Source: Klebsiella phage KP13-16. From it: 64,000 nt of DNA. A model generated the notes under the pieces. It was not told the origin of the DNA, searched no databases, and saw only the letters and a program-made list of their open reading frames with translations. This document shows, piece by piece, positions 55,865 through 64,000 of the stretch (the stretch's first letter is position 1; each line of letters starts with the position of its first letter). The DNA is taken from the sequence record OP617741.1. One strand, 5' to 3'. The position numbers and the translations under genes are program-made.

Positions 55865-57679
55865 TTAGTAACCTCCTGATTCTGAAAAATTATCAGGATT
55901 ATTAAAATAATCATTATAATCGTGACATTTACTTTTGTCAAACTCATAATACCATTTGCCAGCCGCCCCTGTCTTACCACCACGACATTTTGGTAAATCA
56001 ACTTCTGTAGTATTTCTTTCTACAGGATTCTCTGAAAGTTTATCTCTATTCAGAACAATATTGTATGCAGCAGACTGTACAAAACTACCTGTACCTAAAG
56101 CATCATATTCTGTAACTTTACGAATCTTGCCATCTGCACTTTGTCCAGGTTTACGTGTGTGTAAAACATTCACAGTGGTAACACCATTCTTAGCCATATT
56201 TCTTTGGAAGTTCATATGATCTTCGGAATGTTCTTCACTGGAACCACGGAGCAAATCTGAAAGCACATCAATAACAAAGAGTTTACTATCATGTTTCCTG
56301 TAAAGCATTTCTAATTCTGCTTCCAAATCTTTAATGCTACCAGCCCGTTCATCTAAGATAAAGAATCGCGGCTGTCCGTCTTCTTTATAAGCAAGTTCCC
56401 GATATACCTTTTGACCTTCTTCTGTCTTCATCCACGTGATAATTTCTTCTGGGGTCATTTTCCAGAGTAAGTTTACTTCTAAATGAATGGATAACATTTC
56501 CAGCATATACTGTGCAGCAGTTGCTTCAAGACTGACAATAGTTGGAGTAACAGGACTGTTGAAAATCCAATGATAGACCATACGGTTAACATGGGTAGAT
56601 TTACCACTAGATGTATCTGCAATGATGTTTGCAATCCTACCTTGAATCATACCCCCACCCATCATTACCTGCATCTCATGCATGTATTCTGGAAGGGTAA
56701 TACGTGGCTTTCTTAGCTCTTCTTCAATCTCATCCAAGCCGTCTGCTGCACTTTTTACACCATGGGGAGTATAAGGTTTAGCTGCCCAGAAATCATTGAT
56801 GAACTCTTGTTCTTTATGGACTAATTTACCTGTTTCTTTATTATAAATGTATTCATTAGGATCTTTATAGCGCATTTTCATCACAAAGACTTTACCTTTT
56901 GGTAAAACTTCATGAATTCGTTCAGTGGCTTCAGCACCTGCTTTATCTGCATCCATACAGATGACAATCTTCTTAAACTGATTAATGAAATCATAATTGT
57001 TTTGAAGCTGTTTGTAAACAGAAGATTCCCCAGTTGTGCCACTAACTACTGCAATTGGATCATAATTCTTATTTTTCTGAGCGTCAACTAACATTTGATA
57101 TGCCGCTAACTGGTCATGTTCCCCTCCAACTATTAACAAAGTATTGCTGAAGGTCTTAAAGCGGAATTGCCCAAATAAGTCACACTCTTTTCCAGTTTCA
57201 CCAATTGGTCCTGGTGACTTAAAGTTTTTAGGATGTGTTCTTTGTTTATAACCAGATATCTCATAAGAAGTAGTTGTAGGATAAAGTACAGCTTTTACTG
57301 TTTTACCATCTGTTTCATCATATTTGTATCTTACACCGAAGAATTTTGAGATTTCATCTCTAATCCCTCTATAACCATTGGATTTAAGGCCAGTGGTTTC
57401 TTTAAGTTTTTCATGAATTTCTGAGTTAAACTCACTACCCAATATATCCTCCTCTTCATAATCTTCATCATTTTCTTCCATCCAAACTTGGTCTGGTATG
57501 TGGTGATCATCATTCTTGAAGCAGTGAGCACCTTTGTGTTTACCATCCGAGTCCAGACCATATACCATTAAGTTATCACCATTTCTGTCGCCACCTTCTT
57601 TTCTACACCAAGGGCAAGCGGTGTGACCTTCTATGGACAAATCTACGGTATACCCAAATAACTTCTTAATAAAACTCAT
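55865..57679 (-). CDS. primase-helicase (T7 gp4-like)
   Basis: 604 aa; N-terminal zinc ribbon CPWCRKEGG...HCF, TOPRIM-like middle, DnaB-type Walker A IIADTSSGKST and helicase blocks. Confidence 0.75.
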   Translation of the reverse strand: MSFIKKLFGYTVDLSIEGHTACPWCRKEGGDRNGDNLMVYGLDSDGKHKGAHCFKNDDHHIPDQVWMEENDEDYEEEDILGSEFNSEIHEKLKETTGLKSNGYRGIRDEISKFFGVRYKYDETDGKTVKAVLYPTTTSYEISGYKQRTHPKNFKSPGPIGETGKECDLFGQFRFKTFSNTLLIVGGEHDQLAAYQMLVDAQKNKNYDPIAVVSGTTGESSVYKQLQNNYDFINQFKKIVICMDADKAGAEATERIHEVLPKGKVFVMKMRYKDPNEYIYNKETGKLVHKEQEFINDFWAAKPYTPHGVKSAADGLDEIEEELRKPRITLPEYMHEMQVMMGGGMIQGRIANIIADTSSGKSTHVNRMVYHWIFNSPVTPTIVSLEATAAQYMLEMLSIHLEVNLLWKMTPEEIITWMKTEEGQKVYRELAYKEDGQPRFFILDERAGSIKDLEAELEMLYRKHDSKLFVIDVLSDLLRGSSEEHSEDHMNFQRNMAKNGVTTVNVLHTRKPGQSADGKIRKVTEYDALGTGSFVQSAAYNIVLNRDKLSENPVERNTTEVDLPKCRGGKTGAAGKWYYEFDKSKCHDYNDYFNNPDNFSESGGY

Positions 57680-57686
57680 GAGCCTC

Positions 57687-57938
57687 CTACTCTAAATATA
57701 ATGTTTGGGAGATAACAAGTTCACGAATATATTCACGACAAATTTGCTTAAGTTTATTCAGATTTATTTCATCAGGATAATTAGAGGCATAGTCTACAAT
57801 ATCAAAACATCCATAATAATCCCAGTCAGAATCATTTTGATTTAAATCTGGGAGTTGATAATCAATTTCAACATCTACATAAAATGTCTGTGAAGTAGAT
57901 GTATTGTACGGGACGCACAAAGAGATAATATTTTTCAT
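57687..57938 (-). CDS. hypothetical protein
   Basis: 83 aa. Confidence 0.25.
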   Translation of the reverse strand: MKNIISLCVPYNTSTSQTFYVDVEIDYQLPDLNQNDSDWDYYGCFDIVDYASNYPDEINLNKLKQICREYIRELVISQTLYLE

Positions 57939-57974
57939 AACACCTTCCGTAAAATGCCCAAAGGATGGACAATG

Positions 57975-58979
57975 TTAATTAAATGATTCAATAATATGTT
58001 TTCTTAAGATATTAATATCTTTTAAATTATACTGTAATCTTACATGTTCAGATAAAGCTTTACCTACATCTTCATTGTATGCTTCATATTTTATAAGATT
58101 ATTTACATGTGTTTCCCATTCATGTTTTGTTTCTGCATATAAAACATATTTGGAATCAATAGAATTGTAGTAGGGTTCTACTTTAGAGCAGACGATAGGT
58201 AATCCTTTAGCTCCAGATTCTAACACTTTTAAGTTAGATTTGCAAGCATTAAAGTCAGAATTTAATAAAGGTGCAATGCTAACTTTATGACCATCGTATA
58301 AGTCCATATAATTAGACTCTTGTAATCCTTTTTCATATGTGGCTGTCGGATGATCATCTCTGATCTTTAACCACTCCTCATGTGTAAGTCCTGGTTTAGG
58401 TTCATAGCCACAAAGCGTCGGTGGCTTGATAAAAGAACAACCTTTAATTTCTTTTAAATCTGGATAATGAGATGCACCACCAACCCATACAATAGGACTT
58501 TTGAAGTCTTTATCTCTACTAATTGTAAACTGGCTTTCATCAAAAGGTAAAGCGTTAGGAACAACAAAAATATTTTTATTGTAGCCTTTTAACCGACTAG
58601 CTAACAGGGGAGTAGTTGTCAATACCACATCCGCCAATTTCAAGTTAGCTATGATATGAGCAGTCATTCCTGAACTTTTAAATATTTCATATAGATAATG
58701 ATCTTTACTTAGAAAAGGTAGATCATCTATATCCATAATGATTTTAATACCTTCTTTCTTCATTTTATATAGAGCATCTAAACCCAAAGAGGATATTCTA
58801 TTAAAGATATAAATAGGAACTTTAGGTTTGACCTGAAGGTACTTAAAAGGCACTGTTACCCTATGATAATCACAAGAACTTCCATGTTTAATATCCAGAG
58901 TAAGATATTTATCAAAACTCGTAGAAGAGTTTATCACTTCGGATTTCTTTGTTATAAGTTTCTTGATTTTGGTGAACAT
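57975..58979 (-). CDS. glycosyltransferase (GT-B, group-1-like)
   Basis: 334 aa; C-terminal LESGAKGLPIV resembles the GT1 E-x7-E region; overlaps next gene by 68 nt so the true start may be later. Confidence 0.4.
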   Translation of the reverse strand: MFTKIKKLITKKSEVINSSTSFDKYLTLDIKHGSSCDYHRVTVPFKYLQVKPKVPIYIFNRISSLGLDALYKMKKEGIKIIMDIDDLPFLSKDHYLYEIFKSSGMTAHIIANLKLADVVLTTTPLLASRLKGYNKNIFVVPNALPFDESQFTISRDKDFKSPIVWVGGASHYPDLKEIKGCSFIKPPTLCGYEPKPGLTHEEWLKIRDDHPTATYEKGLQESNYMDLYDGHKVSIAPLLNSDFNACKSNLKVLESGAKGLPIVCSKVEPYYNSIDSKYVLYAETKHEWETHVNNLIKYEAYNEDVGKALSEHVRLQYNLKDINILRKHIIESFN

Positions 58980-59547
58980 ATTTTAGTTTTTCCTCCATAG
59001 TCATATTTTGGATAGCTGTTACTCCAAAGATATCTTCACTATGGATGTAAGCCAAACCACGTAAAGGGAATGAGAAATAGTGTGGATCTCCTGTCATGCC
59101 AGCTTTCCTTGCCCTATAAGTCCTTGCAGCGTCTTCTAAGCCATACTTGACATAAGCATTATTGTAGCCGCCAATAGCCTCTATACAATATCTTGTTTGA
59201 TAAATGAAACAACCACAAGCACCATCCCAAAACATCATTTCCCCACAATTCTGACCTTCAAACCCTGTTTTAAATACCTCTGGGATAGCCATATAATCTA
59301 CTCCAGCTTCATTAGCTTGGTCAATAAAATACTTTTCCCAGCCGTCCATTACAGGGTAACAATCATCGTCAAAAAGGAAAATATAATCGCACCCTTCATC
59401 ATAAAGTTTACGTAAACATTGATTACGTGCATAAGCTGGACCTTTACGTTCTTTGTCTACAAAGGTATAGAATTGTGTACCTTCTGCAAGACGGTAATTT
59501 TTAAGGGGTCTAATACCCGCAGTAATTACACCAACACCTACTTTCAT
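58912..59547 (-). CDS. glycosyltransferase family 2-like (GT-A)
   Basis: 211 aa; N-terminal Rossmann start VGVGVITAG and DxD motif FLFDDDCYP. Confidence 0.5.
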   Translation of the reverse strand: MKVGVGVITAGIRPLKNYRLAEGTQFYTFVDKERKGPAYARNQCLRKLYDEGCDYIFLFDDDCYPVMDGWEKYFIDQANEAGVDYMAIPEVFKTGFEGQNCGEMMFWDGACGCFIYQTRYCIEAIGGYNNAYVKYGLEDAARTYRARKAGMTGDPHYFSFPLRGLAYIHSEDIFGVTAIQNMTMEEKLKYVHQNQETYNKEIRSDKLFYEF

Positions 59548-59557
59548 ATTACCTCTT

Positions 59558-60112
59558 TTAAAATTTGTGACAATTTAAAATATGATCTATTTCAATGAAT
59601 GGATTCTCTGCTTCATATCTATATAAATGAAATAAATAAATTCCTTCGCAGATACCTAGTTTACCACCAGAGTTTTTAATTTGTTCAGATAAGATCATGT
59701 CAAATTGAATGGAATGTTCTTGAAACTTGAATTTATCCCATAAAGATTTCCTGAATAGCATAAACATACCAGCAACAACTTCTTTTTTAGGAAGTGGTGT
59801 TATGTCTCCATAATACAAGGTTTCTCTTTCTTTTGCAACCTGAATATGCTTTAAAATTGAATCTTCCCAAAACATATCGTAAATAGCTTGACATTGAGAT
59901 TTTAAACGGTTTGTTCTGCATCCCAGTAAGTCATACTCAGGATTTTTATCTACTATGTCTTGGATTTGTTTTTGTTGTAAAGGTGTTAGGAAAAGCGTAT
60001 CACTATCTCTGAGGCAAATCCAGGCATTATCTGGAAGGATCTCAATACATTCATTGATACCCTTTCCAATGTTACCTTCGCAGTATGGTGTGATGTAAAA
60101 AACTTTACTCAT
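59558..60112 (-). CDS. GT-A-like glycosyltransferase (putative)
   Basis: 184 aa; CLRDSDTLF DxD-like motif. Confidence 0.3.
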   Translation of the reverse strand: MSKVFYITPYCEGNIGKGINECIEILPDNAWICLRDSDTLFLTPLQQKQIQDIVDKNPEYDLLGCRTNRLKSQCQAIYDMFWEDSILKHIQVAKERETLYYGDITPLPKKEVVAGMFMLFRKSLWDKFKFQEHSIQFDMILSEQIKNSGGKLGICEGIYLFHLYRYEAENPFIEIDHILNCHKF

Positions 60113-60290
60113 TATTCTTCCGATTACTAATCTCTAATTCAATATTAATATATCGTTGATTAGCTTCTTCATACTCTGAGAAACAATCCCTTACGTTGTC
60201 TTTAGCAACGTCACGAAGTTTATACAGCTTGTCCAGGGATACTTTTGTGAGATCGGTATAATCTTTAGTTGTCATTTTTATAAACTCCAA
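60105..60290 (-). CDS. hypothetical protein
   Basis: 61 aa. Confidence 0.2.
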   Translation of the reverse strand: MEFIKMTTKDYTDLTKVSLDKLYKLRDVAKDNVRDCFSEYEEANQRYINIELEISNRKNNE

Positions 60291-60756
60291 AAACTTTAGT
60301 AATTAATTCATCAGCCCATTTTGTGCTTGGCACTTCAGTACTTTCAGTAGCAGTATTCCAAACAAGATCTACTAACTCACGTAATTTATGTTGTTCAAAA
60401 TTTACCATAATATCTTCATCTAAAGAAAAAGGTAAAATATCTTTATGCAGCATCTTTTGAGAGGATAGATTATCTAAGGCTTTTATAACACGAAGTTCAT
60501 CAAACACTCCCGACCTATATGCAAGATAACCAACTACTTGATAAGATTCAGCACAAATATTTTTCAACTCATCAACTGTTTCTTCTAGTGTTTTATTATC
60601 TTCCCTAAGTTGCTGTAATTCAGTAACTAAACTCAACACATTCCCAGGGTAGACTAGGTTATAGAATTCTTGTTGATAATTAGGATCAGAATGGCACATG
60701 GCCTCTCCTGCATACCATTTAATATTTGATAATTCTGTATTTGACAAGTTATTCAT
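60265..60756 (-). CDS. hypothetical protein
   Basis: 163 aa. Confidence 0.3.
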   Translation of the reverse strand: MNNLSNTELSNIKWYAGEAMCHSDPNYQQEFYNLVYPGNVLSLVTELQQLREDNKTLEETVDELKNICAESYQVVGYLAYRSGVFDELRVIKALDNLSSQKMLHKDILPFSLDEDIMVNFEQHKLRELVDLVWNTATESTEVPSTKWADELITKVFGVYKNDN

Positions 60757-61169
60757 TTATAAATGATCTCAAGTTTTATATTAGATTCATTACACGCTTC
60801 AGAGAAAGCTTTTACACAAGAATCTACTGTGTCTTTATGAAACTGATAAAAAGCTTTTGCTACCCATGGAGCAAAGGTGTTTGGCTCTGATGTATATTTT
60901 AACACCACAGTAATAGCTCTGTTATCCGGCACTACCGGCTGCTGCGCGTGGTGATAAATCGGTGCAACCTTGGTCCCAGCAGAGACAGAGATTGCCTTCC
61001 TCATCCTAGCTGTATCGGTTGAACAGAAAAGTTTTCGTTCCTTGCAATCTGGCTCGCTGTCCATTGCGGCCAGCGCCATGCGGGCGAGATACGATGCCTC
61101 ACCACACTGCACGTGATCGGTTTCAATAATTTCGAGTAACTGCTCTCTGGTTATGGTTGATTTGGTCAT
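60753..61169 (-). CDS. hypothetical protein (3' half G+C-rich)
   Basis: 138 aa. Confidence 0.3.
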   Translation of the reverse strand: MTKSTITREQLLEIIETDHVQCGEASYLARMALAAMDSEPDCKERKLFCSTDTARMRKAISVSAGTKVAPIYHHAQQPVVPDNRAITVVLKYTSEPNTFAPWVAKAFYQFHKDTVDSCVKAFSEACNESNIKLEIIYK

Positions 61170-61180
61170 TTGCTAAATCC

Positions 61181-61720
61181 TTAATGTAGTTCGATATCGT
61201 TGGGGAACATCTCAACGTACTCCTCGCCATTTTCATCAATTCGATACGGAAGCATTTCAACATGACCATTAGAGTACGTTGTTAAAACGCCGTCTTCCTT
61301 TAATTCTTGAAGGACGATTCTTATCTTCTCAGCCTCCACCTCGATGCCAGCGGCGGCGAGCGATACCAGTACTTCATCCACTTTGTAGACCATTTCGTTG
61401 TGATAGTCGTTGAATCCTTTGCGAAACTGCGTGATGTGACGCTGAGGCAGCTTCACGGTGCGGGACTCCAGCTCGGCGATGCGCTGCTGCGCCTTCTCCA
61501 GCTTTTCACTGACAGCGGTAGCTGTTTTTCTCCACGTTGCGCAAATACGTTTCTCTGATTCCAGTGCCTCTACCAGCGCGAGGATATTTTCCGGCGTTAC
61601 AATTCTTTCCCAGATTTCAGAAGTTTCGGAGACATCTCGGCAAATCATCTCTCTATCTGCTGCCGCTTTCAGGCTCTGCGCCAGTTCGGTGATATCAGTC
61701 ATTGCTGTCTTCCTCATCAT
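61181..61720 (-). CDS. hypothetical protein in G+C-rich island (enterobacterial prophage Ea22-like flavour)
   Basis: 179 aa; coding region much more G+C-rich than the surrounding phage DNA; helical/coiled-coil. Confidence 0.35.
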   Translation of the reverse strand: MMRKTAMTDITELAQSLKAAADREMICRDVSETSEIWERIVTPENILALVEALESEKRICATWRKTATAVSEKLEKAQQRIAELESRTVKLPQRHITQFRKGFNDYHNEMVYKVDEVLVSLAAAGIEVEAEKIRIVLQELKEDGVLTTYSNGHVEMLPYRIDENGEEYVEMFPNDIELH

Positions 61721-61955
61721 ATTTCCACTTACAATCTTCAGCAGTTGCTTTTATATCCAGGGAGCAATTCTTGCATATTGCTTCTTCAGAACGTTGTTTA
61801 GTTCCTTCACGAAGAATAATTCTTGGCATATTCTCTTTATCTTTGCGAGAATCATACTGGAAAGCTGTTTTGCAAACAAGACATTTCCAAGGTGTAATTA
61901 CATATTTTTCAATCTTTTTCTTTTCTTTGAAATCAAAACTGATAACTTCACCCAT
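61695..61955 (-). CDS. zinc-finger protein
   Basis: 86 aa; CLVCK...CKNC. Confidence 0.3.
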   Translation of the reverse strand: MGEVISFDFKEKKKIEKYVITPWKCLVCKTAFQYDSRKDKENMPRIILREGTKQRSEEAICKNCSLDIKATAEDCKWKYDEEDSND

Positions 61956-62367
61956 TGAAATACTCCTCGTTAAATTTAATACGATTAGTAGATGTTTGCC
62001 AGTGTTTCTTCTTTTTGTTCCACTGAAGATAAATCTTAACCAGAGGAGAAGAGTTGACAGCTTCTTTTAGATCAAACGTATAACTCTTAACATAATGTAC
62101 ATGCATTTGAGGAACTTGGTAAAATCCTTTATCACCAATAAGAAAGAAACCAGTATTATGCAAAATTACTGCATCTTTCCAGGTAAGTTCCTTTGGAAAA
62201 CGTTTATCCTCTCCTTTGTAAGTAAAGGTAGTTCCGTTCTTATTCTTGTAAACATAGTTTAGAGAATCCATGAACATTCCCAGACTTGCCAGTTGCAATC
62301 CTACCGTAGACAACTCTTCTTTTGATTCTGACAGGATCTGTTTCAGAGAGATAATTAATGATTTCAT
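61948..62367 (-). CDS. hypothetical protein
   Basis: 139 aa. Confidence 0.3.
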   Translation of the reverse strand: MKSLIISLKQILSESKEELSTVGLQLASLGMFMDSLNYVYKNKNGTTFTYKGEDKRFPKELTWKDAVILHNTGFFLIGDKGFYQVPQMHVHYVKSYTFDLKEAVNSSPLVKIYLQWNKKKKHWQTSTNRIKFNEEYFNG

Positions 62368-62591
62368 AATTGTTCCCCTGTTAAAACATCAACAAATGGT
62401 TTAAAAGAATCATCAACAATTGTTGAATTTAAATATTCACAAATGGATTTTATCATTCCTGCATGTGTTACCGGTTCACCTTCATATGAAGTTTCAAAGT
62501 GAAAATACTCAAATTTCAACTTTTTGCCATCGAAAGTGATATGACCAAATTGTTCAACTTTCATGCAATTCCCCTTATTTATTTTTACCAA
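62364..62591 (-). CDS. hypothetical protein
   Basis: 75 aa. Confidence 0.25.
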   Translation of the reverse strand: MVKINKGNCMKVEQFGHITFDGKKLKFEYFHFETSYEGEPVTHAGMIKSICEYLNSTIVDDSFKPFVDVLTGEQL

Positions 62592-63399
62592 GATACCACA
62601 TCAGAAATTTAAAGTTAATCTGATATTCTTTAATCTTATGATAACCTTCACTTAAGCAACCATAGTATAATTTCTGGATGAACTCAATGTCAAGGTCTTT
62701 AATAACTTTTTCAAATTCCGCAGGATCACGGCTCATCAGGAACTTAATAGGACGCACAATCAGATGGTGGTTCTTTTCTGCTGTCAATGCGACATAATCT
62801 CGTGCATCACGGATCCCGGCAAAGTTCAATGCTGCTTCAATATTAGCATCTACTGCACCTTTTGTGTACTTAGCATAGTACAGGAAATATGCATCATTTT
62901 TAATTTCATTCTGATCCAAGATTTCAATCAGTTTGTCTTCATGCGTCCCAGTGATATTGACGTCGTCGATAAAAATGAGTTTCTTACCTTCAAGAAAACC
63001 TTTGTTCAAATGGAACACATCTCCATCAATCAAAGCTTTACGCTTCTCTTTATCGAGGAAACCATAGTCGTTAATATAAGAAACTTTACGATTAATGACA
63101 GACCATTCGAGATTTGAACCACCATGAGAAACCAACAGGTCATTCATACGATCCATGAAATGTTCAGACATGATTGTTGCAGCATTCTTAACTTGATTAT
63201 AAGGTGATGGAATAACTACACCTTTGTGTTCAATAAAATCATCACCATAATGCTTGAAGAATGAGTCTGCAAGATCATAACCAAATTCTTTAGCTACTTT
63301 ATCACTACCAAACTTCAAACGAGAATATTTCTCAGGTGAAAATGGTGCAGATTTCAGTTCAGAAAAAGCGTGAGTAAAGAATTGAGTTTCATTACGCAT
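62575..63399 (-). CDS. phosphoribosyltransferase-domain protein
   Basis: 274 aa; PRPP-binding-type motif LIFIDDVNITGTH. Confidence 0.4.
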   Translation of the reverse strand: MRNETQFFTHAFSELKSAPFSPEKYSRLKFGSDKVAKEFGYDLADSFFKHYGDDFIEHKGVVIPSPYNQVKNAATIMSEHFMDRMNDLLVSHGGSNLEWSVINRKVSYINDYGFLDKEKRKALIDGDVFHLNKGFLEGKKLIFIDDVNITGTHEDKLIEILDQNEIKNDAYFLYYAKYTKGAVDANIEAALNFAGIRDARDYVALTAEKNHHLIVRPIKFLMSRDPAEFEKVIKDLDIEFIQKLYYGCLSEGYHKIKEYQINFKFLMWYLGKNK

Positions 63400-63926
63400 T
63401 AGATTACTTCTCCATTAATAAGTTTGTTTAAAAGGTCTTCAGGGTTTTTAATATGGCAGAACTTAAATCCTAAGTCAACACATTTTCCATCAAAAACTTC
63501 ACTATCCCCAATGTGCAAAATTTCGTAGTTTGCTAGGTTAGACAGCTTACTAGAAAGCAGAGTTTTAGCAAAGAATAAAATGTCTGGTTTACAAAGCAGA
63601 TGTTCATCCGAGAAATGCATAAAACTCCACCAGGGCATTCTATCAAAGCCTACAGCTTCAGACAAGATCCTTCCTGAAATAAAGTTAGTATTGCTTTTAA
63701 TACTCAGTTCATACTTGTCATCAAGGCTTATTAATTGGTCAACTAAATCTTCATTTAAACGTGGTGAGAATGCAAGAAAAGCTTCTTCACATTCGCGTTG
63801 CATTTGAGTAATTGCTTTTGGTTCCATGTTTAAATTTTTACCTAAAACATGCCAAGCAGTCGAGGTAAAACTACAAATACCTTTTTCTGCGTTTTGGTCT
63901 AAATATTTCTTTACTTTCCTATACAT
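63399..63926 (-). CDS. hypothetical protein
   Basis: 175 aa. Confidence 0.3.
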   Translation of the reverse strand: MYRKVKKYLDQNAEKGICSFTSTAWHVLGKNLNMEPKAITQMQRECEEAFLAFSPRLNEDLVDQLISLDDKYELSIKSNTNFISGRILSEAVGFDRMPWWSFMHFSDEHLLCKPDILFFAKTLLSSKLSNLANYEILHIGDSEVFDGKCVDLGFKFCHIKNPEDLLNKLINGEVI

Positions 63927-64000
63927 TGTACCTGCTTCACGATCAGTTACATTTGCATACTTTGCAATTATTTTAGTACGAATTTCACTATATAAAGGAT

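Overview
This window looks like a 64-kb segment of an AT-rich, virulent tailed dsDNA phage with a contractile tail. Gene content and layout resemble Felix-O1-type myoviruses of Enterobacteria, but that family placement is an inference from gene content only.

The genes present, in order:
- 1–10.4 kb, minus strand: an early/metabolic block with an ATP-dependent DNA ligase, a Sir2-family protein, a T4-Pnk-like 5'-kinase, an Rnl1-family RNA ligase, a metallophosphoesterase, PnuC and a NadR-like NMNAT/NR-kinase.
- 10.7–13.8 kb, plus strand: a divergent operon with a winged-helix-like regulator, a Prs-family enzyme and a NAMPT (NadV-like) enzyme.
- 14.2–15.7 kb: a vWA protein that may be Ro60/Rsr-like.
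- 15.9–18.6 kb: a dense tRNA operon of about 16 canonical tRNAs, preceded by three circularly permuted tRNA-mimic RNAs.
- 19.4–20.8 kb: a three-repeat type I-E-like CRISPR mini-array directly upstream of a TnpB (IS605 OrfB) gene.
- 21–24 kb: an overlapping spanin pair, an HNH endonuclease and five more scattered tRNAs.
- 24.3–51.2 kb: the structural module, with large terminase, portal, scaffold, capsid, sheath, tube, tape measure, baseplate, fibres and two large β-helix tailspikes.
- 51.6–64 kb, minus strand: the replication block with an SSB, a family-A DNA polymerase interrupted by a 248-aa LAGLIDADG intein and a T7-gp4-like primase-helicase, followed by three glycosyltransferases, a PRTase-domain protein, a G+C-rich moron island and small unknown genes.

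The most unusual content is the Ro60-like gene followed by the permuted tRNA-mimic RNAs. Their conserved TTTACAGCAA motif and covarying flanking helices point to Y-RNA (YrlA)-like elements. Together with the phage's own Pnk/phosphoesterase/Rnl1 RNA-repair genes and the large tRNA operon, this reads as an RNA-centred system. The phage-borne I-E mini-array next to TnpB is the second point of interest.
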